From contig JAGXNO010000020.1 in assembly GCA_019894975.1 (NCBI GenBank), forward strand, positions 1-62,429: a stretch of 62,429 nt of DNA, in the 5' to 3' direction. Positions 39,671 through 49,982 of this stretch are shown piece by piece. The DNA comes from Promethearchaeota archaeon (lineage in GTDB: Archaea > Asgardarchaeota > Lokiarchaeia > Sigyniarchaeales > SOKP01). Position 1 is the stretch's first letter. Each line of letters begins with the position of its first letter. The translations under genes were made by a program, and so were the position numbers. A model generated the notes under the pieces. The model did not search any database, was not told the origin of the DNA, and saw only the letters and a program-made list of their open reading frames with translations.

Positions 39671-40567
39671 TTGAATATTGACTATTTAAGAAATTTTATT
39701 AAATTAACTCATTACAAGAGTTTTTCCAAGTTAGCAAAGGAACTCCCTATTTCTCAAAGTACATTATCGCATCAAATACAACAGTTAGAAAAAGAATTTG
39801 GTGGGGTCGTATTAATTGATAGAAGCACAAAAAAATTCGAATTGACTAAAGCAGGAAAAGTTTTGTATGACCATGCTGAACAGATATTAGATTTATATGA
39901 TAGGTGTAGACGAGAAATATCTAAATTTCAGGATAAAATGATTGAGGATATTATTATCACAGCATCTACAATTCCAGGATCTCATGTTTTACCTAGATAC
40001 ATAGCAGATTTCCGCACTAAAAACATATATGTAAACTTTAAAATAGTAATAAATAATTCCAAGAAATCACTTGAAAATTTGAAGAATGGGATGGCTGATT
40101 TTGCGGGTATTGGTAGTTTTATGGATTATAATAAGGATGATTTTGATTATATTAAAATTGGAGACGATGAATTAAAAATCATATGTTCTCCTACCCATGA
40201 GTTGCTAAAAAATGGTAATTTAATAAGCTTTGAAGATCTTAAAGAATATCCCTTTGTGTGGAGAGAAAAAGGTTCTGGGACGAGGGATTTACTGGAGCAA
40301 CAGTTCCCAGATTTTAAGAAATTAAAGATTGAACTTGAAATTAATGATAATGATTCTATTATATCAACTGTGAGTGATTCTAATTATCTAAGTATAATGA
40401 GTGAAAGTATGGCTACGAAAGCAGAATCAGCAAGACTAATTAAAATAATAGAAATTAAAGAATACCCTCTTATTACCAAGAGACCACTCTATTTTGCTAA
40501 ATTAAAACGAAAGGAATTAAGTAGATTAAAAAAGAAATTCTGGGATGAATTAAAAGTTCAATTTTAA
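39671..40567 (+). CDS. LysR-family transcriptional regulator (CysL/selenium-metabolism-associated type)
   Basis: SFSKLA....SQSTLSHQIQQLE HTH, LTKAG, ASTIPG, REKGSGTR; divergent from dsrE-tusA. Confidence 0.9.
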   Translation: MNIDYLRNFIKLTHYKSFSKLAKELPISQSTLSHQIQQLEKEFGGVVLIDRSTKKFELTKAGKVLYDHAEQILDLYDRCRREISKFQDKMIEDIIITASTIPGSHVLPRYIADFRTKNIYVNFKIVINNSKKSLENLKNGMADFAGIGSFMDYNKDDFDYIKIGDDELKIICSPTHELLKNGNLISFEDLKEYPFVWREKGSGTRDLLEQQFPDFKKLKIELEINDNDSIISTVSDSNYLSIMSESMATKAESARLIKIIEIKEYPLITKRPLYFAKLKRKELSRLKKKFWDELKVQF

Positions 40568-40590
40568 AAAATGAAAAAAATTTAGAAATA

Positions 40591-42015
40591 TTATTTTATA
40601 AGAACCCCTGCTTGATCGAAATTTAGGAAGGCAGAAATCTTCTCCTTAAGTGGATATATTCCCTCCTTTAGTAGTGTATAAAGGAAAATTATAATAAAAA
40701 TAATTGATCCTAAACCAGGAGCAAATCCGCTTAAATAATCCATAAAAGAAGATGATGGGTTAACAGATAAGAACATCCAAATTAGAGAAATTCCGGCGAT
40801 TAAAATTGAAATAAAAGAAATAATTGCAGCGGCTTTTTTACTTAGATTAAAATGTATTGGTCCAAACTCAATTCGGAAAAATTTCGGTTGTACGATTATT
40901 GATAACACCGTATGGCTAATTGTTTTCTCTTCAAATTCTATATACACATTCAAAAATCTTCTCTCACTTTCTTTTTTCTTCCTTTTCTCTTTTTTTGATT
41001 TCGTTGGCATTATAGAAAAAATCATAACTGGGGGATTTACTGCATCCTTTTTCACTTCTACTTTACCGGATATTGGATGAACTTCAAATCCTTCTCCTTT
41101 AATTTTAAGATCTAAAACAGGGGGTTCTTTTTTAGTTGTAACAATTTTAACCGTAGTTTTATATACTGTTTTTCCCTCCTCATCAACGATCCGCAATTCT
41201 TCATGCGAAAAATAGACGTAAAACAGATAACTTCGTTGTTCCATCATAACAGAATAATACTGGAGCCCCATGTTAATCTCATAAACGATTGGTCGAGGTT
41301 CTTCGGGAGCGATTAAAGAAGGTTCGGCTTTTGCAGGAGCACCGGCTCGAGGACCTCCAAGGGATTCAGAGCGTGCTGGTGCTGCTACAGATGCTTTAGG
41401 TGATGGTGGTGCTGCTGCACCCGGAGGTGCGGGGGGTGGCATTGATCTAGCTCTCCTCTTAGCTTTTGGAGCTTCTTCTTTCTCCATCATAGCTTCTTCT
41501 TCTAAATCATCAAATAATATTTCTTCTTCCTCCTTAAATTTAGCCGCACCATAATCAGCATCTTCGGCAACTGTAGCCACTTTTCCGATTTTATCTTCAA
41601 AAGGTTCTGCTTCTTTTTCCATATCATAAAGTTCAATTTCATCTCTTTTCACAGGTTTACGTTTATCCATAACTTTCTTCTGTTTTTTCCCAGTTTTTTC
41701 CTCTTTTTTCTCAACTTTCTCTTCTTTTTTCTGAATTTTCTCTCCTTTTGATATTTTTAAGCGTCTTAATTTTTCATTCTCAGAAATCCTTACTCCGGTA
41801 ACAAAGTCAATGAAGTAAACATTACTTCGTTCTAATTGAACGTCTCCTAAAGATGCATAAAGGTCATCTAAAACTTTACTAATCCTTGCTGATTTGTTAT
41901 AGATACCGACAAACATAAAATCTAAGACTTGTATCGATAATACACTGGTTTTTTTATTATATGATACTTTATTGCTTGGGATCTCAATACTCGAAACGTT
42001 TTTTAACAATTCCAA
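40591..42015 (-). CDS. Hypothetical membrane-anchored protein with charged and Pro/Ala-rich low-complexity region
   Basis: 474 aa; K/E-rich linker, MPPPAPPGAAAPPSP, beta-rich domain, two C-terminal TM helices; GAGG SD before TTG. Confidence 0.8.
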   Translation of the reverse strand: MELLKNVSSIEIPSNKVSYNKKTSVLSIQVLDFMFVGIYNKSARISKVLDDLYASLGDVQLERSNVYFIDFVTGVRISENEKLRRLKISKGEKIQKKEEKVEKKEEKTGKKQKKVMDKRKPVKRDEIELYDMEKEAEPFEDKIGKVATVAEDADYGAAKFKEEEEILFDDLEEEAMMEKEEAPKAKRRARSMPPPAPPGAAAPPSPKASVAAPARSESLGGPRAGAPAKAEPSLIAPEEPRPIVYEINMGLQYYSVMMEQRSYLFYVYFSHEELRIVDEEGKTVYKTTVKIVTTKKEPPVLDLKIKGEGFEVHPISGKVEVKKDAVNPPVMIFSIMPTKSKKEKRKKKESERRFLNVYIEFEEKTISHTVLSIIVQPKFFRIEFGPIHFNLSKKAAAIISFISILIAGISLIWMFLSVNPSSSFMDYLSGFAPGLGSIIFIIIFLYTLLKEGIYPLKEKISAFLNFDQAGVLIK

Positions 42016-42134
42016 ATCTTAACTTACCTCTTTATTGTGAATAATGTATTAAATTTTAAAGTTTAACAATTTATCCTTAATAGATCTTTATATTGAAATT
42101 AACAATAATAAATTTATCTGTCTAATTATATTAG

Positions 42135-43190
42135 CTAATAGTAGGATGTTCCTTCATTAGCATCATGAAGATTAAGAGGTTGGGGGGTACTTATATCTCT
42201 AAAATATGCTTTAATGTCTAAAAGTTTATCCTTAATATCTCGAATTTTTTTTATTTCTTTATCTGTACCAATAATTTTATTAATTACCTCATTAATTATA
42301 GTCTCCTCTCTATAAGCATTAGGATCTTGATAAGTCTGCTGCTCAAAATCTTCTTCCCATGGGTTTAACTTTGGGAAAGGAGAAATATTTCTCATATTCC
42401 AATTAATTTTTTTCTTATAATCTTCTTCCAGTGGTTTTAGGTTGTCCTTATTCCATTTTTGGATTACCCACGGAGCATATTCATGTAATTTATCATAATC
42501 ATAATCAAGATCATCTCTCCATTCAAACTGATGATCCCAATTTGCTGTCGCCATGAAATTATCATTTTCTGCTTTATGGTGAGGGAAGAACTTCCAAGAC
42601 TCTTGATCTATTTTTTCTTCTTTAAAAGTATTGCCTTCTCCATACTGAAAAAAGAAACCAATTTTCTCCTGAAGCTTTTTTCCTCCCGAATCTATTTTCA
42701 CATAAACCTCGACGGGAACAATTTCGATTTTTGTTTTTAAAACTTGCTCTTGATATAATTTGTATATTAGATTTTTAGCCTTATTTGGATGGCTTTTACC
42801 AGAAAAAATAACATAATACTTAAAGCAATAAAATTCTGTATCATTTTCTTTTCTACCTTTGAATATTTCAAGCCAACATTCTAATGGTTTAATGTAAACA
42901 TTAGATTTAATATAATTTACCAGGAGAAGAATTGATACAATGGTATCGATTATTATTATAATAGTAAATAAGAGTAGGTTGAAATAAATTGATGCCAAGA
43001 AATATGTAATAGATATATAAATAAGTAAACCCCCTGTCAGGAAAAAAAATGCAATTAGGGAGTTGTAAGCTTCAGGCTCTTTATCCTTTTTAGAATAAAG
43101 TAGTGTTGGAGCAGTATTAATTAGAAGATCAATATCGTATTCATTTAAAAATTGTTTAAAGCTAATTTTGCTCCAGTCAGAATCAGACAT
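42135..43190 (-). CDS. Hypothetical membrane protein
   Basis: 351 aa; two N-terminal TM helices and an aromatic-rich soluble domain. Confidence 0.75.
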   Translation of the reverse strand: MSDSDWSKISFKQFLNEYDIDLLINTAPTLLYSKKDKEPEAYNSLIAFFFLTGGLLIYISITYFLASIYFNLLLFTIIIIIDTIVSILLLVNYIKSNVYIKPLECWLEIFKGRKENDTEFYCFKYYVIFSGKSHPNKAKNLIYKLYQEQVLKTKIEIVPVEVYVKIDSGGKKLQEKIGFFFQYGEGNTFKEEKIDQESWKFFPHHKAENDNFMATANWDHQFEWRDDLDYDYDKLHEYAPWVIQKWNKDNLKPLEEDYKKKINWNMRNISPFPKLNPWEEDFEQQTYQDPNAYREETIINEVINKIIGTDKEIKKIRDIKDKLLDIKAYFRDISTPQPLNLHDANEGTSYY

Positions 43191-43332
43191 ATGTACTTCT
43201 AATGTTATTTTCTTTATTTAAATTTGATGTCATTCAATTAAAAAAAGGATCATAAAAGCTAAAGATAATCATTAATTTAAAAATTCATCACACGAGCACT
43301 TAACAACTAAATATCAACAAGAGAAATTTCAA

Positions 43333-44808
43333 ATGACTAAAGATAGTATTGATGCATTAGACATTCTATTTAATCCTCGCAACGTAGTCATCTATAAAGC
43401 CAGTGAGAAATTAGATTATTTTTTGATGGGTCTTAAAGAACAAAACTTCAATCCCGATAAGCTATACCTGATTAATTCTTCAAAAGATAGTTTATATGGG
43501 TTTAAATGTTTTAAATCTCTTTCAGAAATACCTGAAGATACAATTGATTTATTAATTTTAGCTGTTGGGAGAGATAAAATAAGCGACAGTCTGAAAAATT
43601 TGATTAATCAGAAAAAAATCAATACCATCCATATCTTTACAGCTGGAATGGGTGAATCTGATGACCAGGGTAAGGGAATTGAAAAAGAAATTATGCAAAT
43701 ATTACAAAATAATGCAATTCGTGCCATTGGTCCGAATTGTATGGGCGTTTATTCACCAAATGGAAATTTAGCATATGAACCTTTTCTTCCAATAGAATCT
43801 GGAAACATAGCTTTTGTATTTCAATCTGGTGATTTACATTCTCAAACAATTAGAATTAGTGCGAGACGTTATAATTTACGTTTCTCCAAAGGTGTTAGTG
43901 TTGGGAACTGTGTAGATTTACAGATTTCAGATTTCCTCAAGTATTATAATCAAGATAAAAATACTGATTTAATTGGTGTGTATTTTGAAGGATTCTCGAA
44001 GCTTCACCCTAATGAAGGAAAACAATTTTTTAAGACCTTAAAGAATATGACCAAACCAGTATTGTTTATGAACGGTGGAAAAACCGAAAGAGCCCAAACG
44101 GCAGTTTTAACCCATACAGGGTCGATAGGCTCCAATAAAAATATTTGGAATGCTATTGTTAAACAAACTCCAATAGTTGAAGTTCCAACTTCGATGGATG
44201 ACATGATTGATTATCTTTACCTATTTAATAATTACCTCAGTAGATTTAAGAGAAAAAACTTAAAACTTGATGAAGTAGTATATCCAGAAGGCAAAAATGT
44301 TTTATTAAGCTTATGGTCTGGGGGATTTGGGATTATTGACACGAACATATTAACAGAAATGGGTTTGAACGTTCCTTATTTCGAAGGTGAAAGTTTAGAA
44401 AAATTAAGAAAAATCTATCCTCTGAAAATAGGTTCCCTAAAAAATCCATTAGATATGCCCTGGATTTCCTCTACTCAAAAATATTACGAGGTCGTAACAA
44501 CTGCAATTTCTCAAAATATAGATTTAGCTATAATTGAAACAGATATATTTGGAGATGAATTTGAATCTGACCATTTTAAAAATTATTATAATAACATCCT
44601 AAAAATTAAGGAGTACACTGAATCTTTAGATAAAGCATTTATGCTGGTCATGCCTCAGTATCCTAGTAAGCACAGGGAAAAATACTTGGTTAAGCTTTTT
44701 AAAGACAATTTTATTGTTTATCCCTCCGTACGAAGAGCAGCGAAATCCTTTCTCGCACTCTATGAGTACGGAAAAAAAATTAGAGTAAAGAATTTAAAAA
44801 AAAAATAG
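43333..44808 (+). CDS. ADP-forming acyl-CoA synthetase alpha-like (CoA-binding) protein
   Basis: LFNPRNV, IGPNCMG, FQSG, SVGN..D, phospho-His motif THTGS, NPLD. Confidence 0.88.
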   Translation: MTKDSIDALDILFNPRNVVIYKASEKLDYFLMGLKEQNFNPDKLYLINSSKDSLYGFKCFKSLSEIPEDTIDLLILAVGRDKISDSLKNLINQKKINTIHIFTAGMGESDDQGKGIEKEIMQILQNNAIRAIGPNCMGVYSPNGNLAYEPFLPIESGNIAFVFQSGDLHSQTIRISARRYNLRFSKGVSVGNCVDLQISDFLKYYNQDKNTDLIGVYFEGFSKLHPNEGKQFFKTLKNMTKPVLFMNGGKTERAQTAVLTHTGSIGSNKNIWNAIVKQTPIVEVPTSMDDMIDYLYLFNNYLSRFKRKNLKLDEVVYPEGKNVLLSLWSGGFGIIDTNILTEMGLNVPYFEGESLEKLRKIYPLKIGSLKNPLDMPWISSTQKYYEVVTTAISQNIDLAIIETDIFGDEFESDHFKNYYNNILKIKEYTESLDKAFMLVMPQYPSKHREKYLVKLFKDNFIVYPSVRRAAKSFLALYEYGKKIRVKNLKKK

Positions 44809-44885
44809 CTGAACTGATAAATAATTAATTCTCTTCCCTTTGAAATTTTTAATTGAGATTATTCATTATACTTTATGAACTATAT

Positions 44886-47204
44886 ATGGTTGATTTCGAA
44901 GAGTTTTTTCGTTTTTTAAAATCTCAAAATTACTATCAAAACCAAATTTACCATGTTGAGCATATTCCTAGCCACGAAGCTCAATTTGGTAATTTAGAGT
45001 ACCCATTACGAAAACGTCTTCAACGATGGTTAGAAGAAAATAATTTGAAATTATGGGGTCATCAAGCAGAAGCAATCAATCTAATAAATAACAAAAATAA
45101 CACAGTAATTGTTACTTCTACTGCTTCTGGAAAATCTCTTTGTTATAATCTACCAATATTGCAATCTATTTTAGAAGAACCAAAAACGACTGCAATGTAT
45201 ATCTTTCCCACAAAAGCTCTGGCCCGAGATCAATTTACGGTGTTATCTAGACTTTTAGCGGCAACGAATATTAAACAAAACAGAATTGGAGTCTATGATG
45301 GGGATGTTGAGCCTAATGATAAAAGATTCATTTTAAATAATGCTAATATAGTAATAACGAATCCTTACGGTCTTCATTTTTATTTGCCATGGTTCAAACA
45401 AAAATGGAGGAGAATTTGTCAAAATCTTAAATATATTGTTTTAGATGAGATTCATACTTATAGAGGAATTTATGGTTCAAACTTTGCTTTTTTGCTTAGA
45501 AGATTAAAGCGAATGTTAGAAACTTACAATATTAAACCCCAATGGATCTTATCCAGCGCAACTATCTATAATCCCAAAAAATTTTGTGAAAGGCTAGTAG
45601 GAGAAAAGTTTAGTGTTGTAGATAGAGATGATTCTCCATCAGGAGCTAAAAAAGTAATACTATGGGATTTACCTTTCGACAAAGTTTCAAAGAAATATCG
45701 TTCACCACATCAAGAAACAAAAAACCTTTTTACCACTCATCTAAAATTTAAGGAAGGAATCCAAACGTTAACTTTCACTTTATCTAGAAAAATGGCAGAA
45801 TTGCAAACAATTTGGGTAAGAGAAGAGCTTCCTCTTTTAAAAAATAAAATCTATAGTTATCGTGCTGGAATTAGTAAATCTAAAAGAAGAGAAATAGAAC
45901 AAAATTTTAAAAATAAAAAAATTTTAGGAATAAGCTCCACTAATGCGCTTGAATTAGGTATAGATATCGGTTCATTAGATGCTACAATAAGTTCTGGGTT
46001 TCCAGGAACAATCTCTAGTTTTAAACAGCAGATTGGACGCTCTGGGAGAGGAACTGATATCTCTATTTCAACACTGATTCCAATGCCCGATCCACTAGAT
46101 TTGTTTTATATCCATAATCCACATCAATTATTTGGGCCAATCCAAGAAGAAATCCTCATAACTCTTAATAACAAATATATTATAAAAAACCATTTATGCT
46201 GTGGGGCAAAAGAAATACCTATAAAAATCGATGACTACGAGAAATTTGGAGTTCAAGAGAAAGAATTATTTGTAGAATGTGTAGAAGAATTAGTATCAGA
46301 AAAATTGCTTATGAAAAGGGGAGAACGGTATTTCTGGAATAGAGATTTCTTTCCAAATGAAAAATTTGGCTTAAATGATTTATCAACGAGGAATTATAAG
46401 GTTATATTAAAATCAGGTTCCAATGAGGAACTCTTAACAGTTGAGGATGAAAGCTTTGTTTTTAGAGACTTACATCCTGGTGCGGTTTACCTTTACGAAG
46501 CTGAATCTTATATAGTAGAAGAGCTCGATCTCAAGGAAAGAATGGTATTTCTTTCTAAATCAAATGTAGATTTTTATACTCAATCTCTAAAACATACAGA
46601 TATAACTCCTCTCAATACAATTTATCAAGGTAAAGGTGGAACCAATGACTCAATAGACACCTATTTTGGGAATGTAAAAGTAGAACATGAATATTATTCC
46701 TATAAAGTTATTGACACTTTATCTCAGGAAATACGATCAAGGCATCCATTGGAGGATATTCCAATCATCTCATTTGAATCAATGGCTCTATGGTTTACAA
46801 TTCCATTTGAATTTCAAAAAGAATTGGAGCTGTCTGGTTTCGACCTTGGAGGTACTATCCATGCTATAGAACATGCGATGATTGCGATTTCACCCGCTTT
46901 AGCTCAAATCTCTCGATGGGATTTAGGAGGATTATCAATTGATTTTGATCCTGTTAAGCAACAACCAATAATCTACATCTATGATGCTTATAGAGGAGGT
47001 ATTGGGATATCAGAAACGTTATTTTTTAATCTAAATGAACTAATGAAAACAGCATATAGATTAATTAAATCTTGTAATTGTACTACTCAAAATGGATGCC
47101 CTGCTTGTATTATGTCCCCAAAATGTGGAAATTCAAATGACCCCTTAGATAAAGCAGGAGCTTTATTTTTGTTAGGTAAGATAATTGAAGGGATTCAAGA
47201 ATAA
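44886..47204 (+). CDS. Hrq1/MrfA-like SF2 helicase with C-terminal DUF1998 zinc domain
   Basis: TASGKS, PTKALARDQ, DEIH, SAT, LELGIDIG, QQIGRSGR, C-terminal CxC...GCPAC....CGN. The ATG at 44886 is preferred over the track's TTG at 44853. Confidence 0.93.
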   Translation: MVDFEEFFRFLKSQNYYQNQIYHVEHIPSHEAQFGNLEYPLRKRLQRWLEENNLKLWGHQAEAINLINNKNNTVIVTSTASGKSLCYNLPILQSILEEPKTTAMYIFPTKALARDQFTVLSRLLAATNIKQNRIGVYDGDVEPNDKRFILNNANIVITNPYGLHFYLPWFKQKWRRICQNLKYIVLDEIHTYRGIYGSNFAFLLRRLKRMLETYNIKPQWILSSATIYNPKKFCERLVGEKFSVVDRDDSPSGAKKVILWDLPFDKVSKKYRSPHQETKNLFTTHLKFKEGIQTLTFTLSRKMAELQTIWVREELPLLKNKIYSYRAGISKSKRREIEQNFKNKKILGISSTNALELGIDIGSLDATISSGFPGTISSFKQQIGRSGRGTDISISTLIPMPDPLDLFYIHNPHQLFGPIQEEILITLNNKYIIKNHLCCGAKEIPIKIDDYEKFGVQEKELFVECVEELVSEKLLMKRGERYFWNRDFFPNEKFGLNDLSTRNYKVILKSGSNEELLTVEDESFVFRDLHPGAVYLYEAESYIVEELDLKERMVFLSKSNVDFYTQSLKHTDITPLNTIYQGKGGTNDSIDTYFGNVKVEHEYYSYKVIDTLSQEIRSRHPLEDIPIISFESMALWFTIPFEFQKELELSGFDLGGTIHAIEHAMIAISPALAQISRWDLGGLSIDFDPVKQQPIIYIYDAYRGGIGISETLFFNLNELMKTAYRLIKSCNCTTQNGCPACIMSPKCGNSNDPLDKAGALFLLGKIIEGIQE

Positions 47205-47378
47205 ATGAAATGTTCCAGTGAAAATTCTCAAGCTCTATTTTTCACAGAAATTATTTTAGAATCTAATGTTAAATTTTTAAGGATTAAAAATAATATTATA
47301 TTTAACATTAGCATAACCCTATTCTATTTGGTAGAGTGCTAATTAAAATTTAAAATCTTTTTAAATCAGGTATTTGGG

Positions 47379-47903
47379 TTGTCAACAACAGATTATACAT
47401 TTAAAATTGTTATTTTCGGAGACTCACAAACAGGAAAAACTACTCTCACTCATAGATATTTAACGAATCTTTTTCAGGAAGGAATTCAGATGACGCTTGG
47501 TGTGGACTTTAAACTTAAGACAATTGAAATGGATAACAAAAAGATAAAGCATCAAATTTGGGACTTTGCTGGTGAAGAAAGGTTTAGATTTCTTTTTCCT
47601 TCTTATATCCGGGGAGCTAATGGTGCCATTTTTATGTTTGATATTACAAATTATGGTTCACTTGCTCACGTAGATGATTGGTTTGAAATTGTTGAAAAAG
47701 AGATTGACCATGATCTACCTTTGATTTTCGTTGGAGGTAAAACTGATTTGATGCACCTTAAGGAAGTTTCAACAAGGAAGGCTATGGAAATAGCAACTTC
47801 AAAGAATGCTGACGGCTTTATCGAGTGTAGCTCGAAAACCGGGGAAAATGTTCACAAAATTTTCGATCTGCTAACAAGACTCATCCTCAAAAAAGGGGAA
47901 TAA
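47379..47903 (+). CDS. Rab-like small GTPase
   Basis: G1 GDSQTGKT, G2 TLGVDF, G3 WDFAGEERF, G4 GGKTD, G5 CSSK; no prenylation Cys. Confidence 0.92.
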   Translation: MSTTDYTFKIVIFGDSQTGKTTLTHRYLTNLFQEGIQMTLGVDFKLKTIEMDNKKIKHQIWDFAGEERFRFLFPSYIRGANGAIFMFDITNYGSLAHVDDWFEIVEKEIDHDLPLIFVGGKTDLMHLKEVSTRKAMEIATSKNADGFIECSSKTGENVHKIFDLLTRLILKKGE

Positions 47904-47983
47904 GCCCCAAATCTTCTTTTTTCTAGAATAAACAAGGATTTACTGATTATATGCATTTTTTGTTCCTCAAGATTAAATAAGGA

Positions 47984-49825
47984 TTAAATGTTTACGTTTA
48001 AGGATCTAAGTTTTTTCTCATTCGGAATTCCAGTAATTGGATCCCATTCGCGATAGTTATAGAATAATTTTCTTAGCTTTTCGAAGTTAGGACTCCTTCC
48101 TGCAGAACCGCCATCTGGAAAAGGTTTTAATAAAATTTGTGGTAATTTATCATCTTTGGGGGATAGACCCATCTTTATATTAAATAACCTTTTCATATTT
48201 AATATCCGTTCTCCATACGATTTAACCTCATTAATTCCAAATTTAATTCCAGTTGCATGCTGGATTAAAGCAGCGACTTGAGATGGCAATGGATTACAAA
48301 AGGAACACATTATGATTGAACTATAAAGAGCCCGATAATCCATCATTATTGAACATGCTTTTGCCATATCTTTATTATCTGAATAGACATCGAGAGTAAC
48401 GGTAGGAGCGTTAATCTCTTCAAATGGTATTCCCATTAAAACATAATACATATCGCATAAATTATGTGAAGGACCTTTGTGAGCACCTCCGATCCCGTAA
48501 GCAATAGCCATACCGTAATTTGATCTTAGATCATGGTAAGTAACTTCTAATCCGTTCACTGTTGCAATTTCATCGTGAGAAATTTCGAATTTAGTTGCAA
48601 GAGCATCAGATCCTTCGGCTAAAACATCTCCGATCCCTCTTCGATAGATTATCCTTTCCAATAATTCTTCTGCTATTTTGATATTTCCCCATTCTGGTTT
48701 TATATCATCAATTTCTTCAGGAGTTATATTTCCTAAATGGAAATGATGCGTTAAACAAGCAATAACTCCTCCAGAGCTAATGGTATCAATCCCATAGTCA
48801 AAACATTTCTTGTTAATATGCACAATTGATTCTAAGTCATCATTCAAAAGTAGGCTTCCATAACTTACAATTGTTTCATATTCAGGTCCTTCGGTCTCAT
48901 CTGTTTTATATTCTCCCTCATTAATTGCTACCCGTCGTCCACACCCTATCACGCAAGAATGACAATATCTATTATTTACTAAAATTTTCTGAGCCATAGT
49001 AATTCCTGAAATCTGTGAGGCTCTATTCCATTTGGATTGACTAAAATACTTGATGTCTAACTCTCCCTTAACATTAAACATATCTAACCCACTCGATGTA
49101 CCAAATAATTTTAGAGTTTTAGTACTAATCGCCGATTTTACATTATCTCTAGCAACATTTATTGCAATCCTTAATTTATCTTCATCAGAAACTTCTACTT
49201 TTGTGTTGCTTCCTTTCACAATAATTCCTTTTAATTTTTTTGCTCCTAATATTGTACCCATTCCGGTTCTACCGGCAGCTCTTTCCTCAGAAACTATATT
49301 AGCATATTTAACAAGATTTTCACCAGCTTGACCGATGCAAGCAACTCTTGCTTTCTTATTCCCAAAAATTTCTTTTAGTTTCTTAGTAGTGTAATATGTC
49401 CCTTTTCCCCATAAGAGTCCTGCATCTTTAATAGTTACAACTTCATCCTTAATTTCTAGATAAACGGGAATATTTGATCTTCCTGAAATTATTATACCAT
49501 CATATCCTGCTTTTTTTATCTCTGCACCAAACCAACTTCCACAGTTAGATTCACCCCATATTCCTGTGTAAGGAGATTTTGAACATACAACCCATCTACC
49601 TGTATTCGGAGCAAAAGTACCCATTAATGGGCCTGTCATTATCATTAGTATATTTTCGGGAGAGAGAGGATCTGTATCCTTATCAATTTTATCGTATAAA
49701 TAACGACATGCATAACCAGCGCCTCCTAAAAATAGTTTTGCTATATTTTCGATTAGTGGTTCAACAGAAATTTGTTTAGTTGTTAGGTTTATTTTTAATA
49801 TTTGGCCTCTGAAAGCACTAGGGAT
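47984..49825 (-). CDS. Tungsten-dependent aldehyde:ferredoxin oxidoreductase family protein; probable ATC start (613 aa)
   Basis: The frame extends 60 codons above the track start (IPSAFRGQILKINL...FLGGAG...DPLSPEN). Contains KSPYTG, AAGRTGMG, CHSCVIGC, EGPEYET, GIDTIS. GGTGA lies 6 nt before ATC. Confidence 0.92.
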   Translation of the reverse strand: MPSAFRGQILKINLTTKQISVEPLIENIAKLFLGGAGYACRYLYDKIDKDTDPLSPENILMIMTGPLMGTFAPNTGRWVVCSKSPYTGIWGESNCGSWFGAEIKKAGYDGIIISGRSNIPVYLEIKDEVVTIKDAGLLWGKGTYYTTKKLKEIFGNKKARVACIGQAGENLVKYANIVSEERAAGRTGMGTILGAKKLKGIIVKGSNTKVEVSDEDKLRIAINVARDNVKSAISTKTLKLFGTSSGLDMFNVKGELDIKYFSQSKWNRASQISGITMAQKILVNNRYCHSCVIGCGRRVAINEGEYKTDETEGPEYETIVSYGSLLLNDDLESIVHINKKCFDYGIDTISSGGVIACLTHHFHLGNITPEEIDDIKPEWGNIKIAEELLERIIYRRGIGDVLAEGSDALATKFEISHDEIATVNGLEVTYHDLRSNYGMAIAYGIGGAHKGPSHNLCDMYYVLMGIPFEEINAPTVTLDVYSDNKDMAKACSIMMDYRALYSSIIMCSFCNPLPSQVAALIQHATGIKFGINEVKSYGERILNMKRLFNIKMGLSPKDDKLPQILLKPFPDGGSAGRSPNFEKLRKLFYNYREWDPITGIPNEKKLRSLNVNI

Positions 49826-49982
49826 TTTTAATCACCATTAATTTTTCATTTTTTATTTCTATTATATGCCTATGTTTTATTTAAAATAATATCTCTTCAT
49901 TTTTATCAATTCAAATAAAACCTACTAGAAATTATGATTCATTAAAGCAATTTTTTTAAAAGAAAGGTATTTCCTAGTACTT

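Noticed and set aside
44886-47204. DUF1998 helicase as part of a DISARM/Druantia-type defence system
   Set aside because: No partner defence genes are adjacent, and its size and motifs fit the housekeeping Hrq1/MrfA repair helicase.
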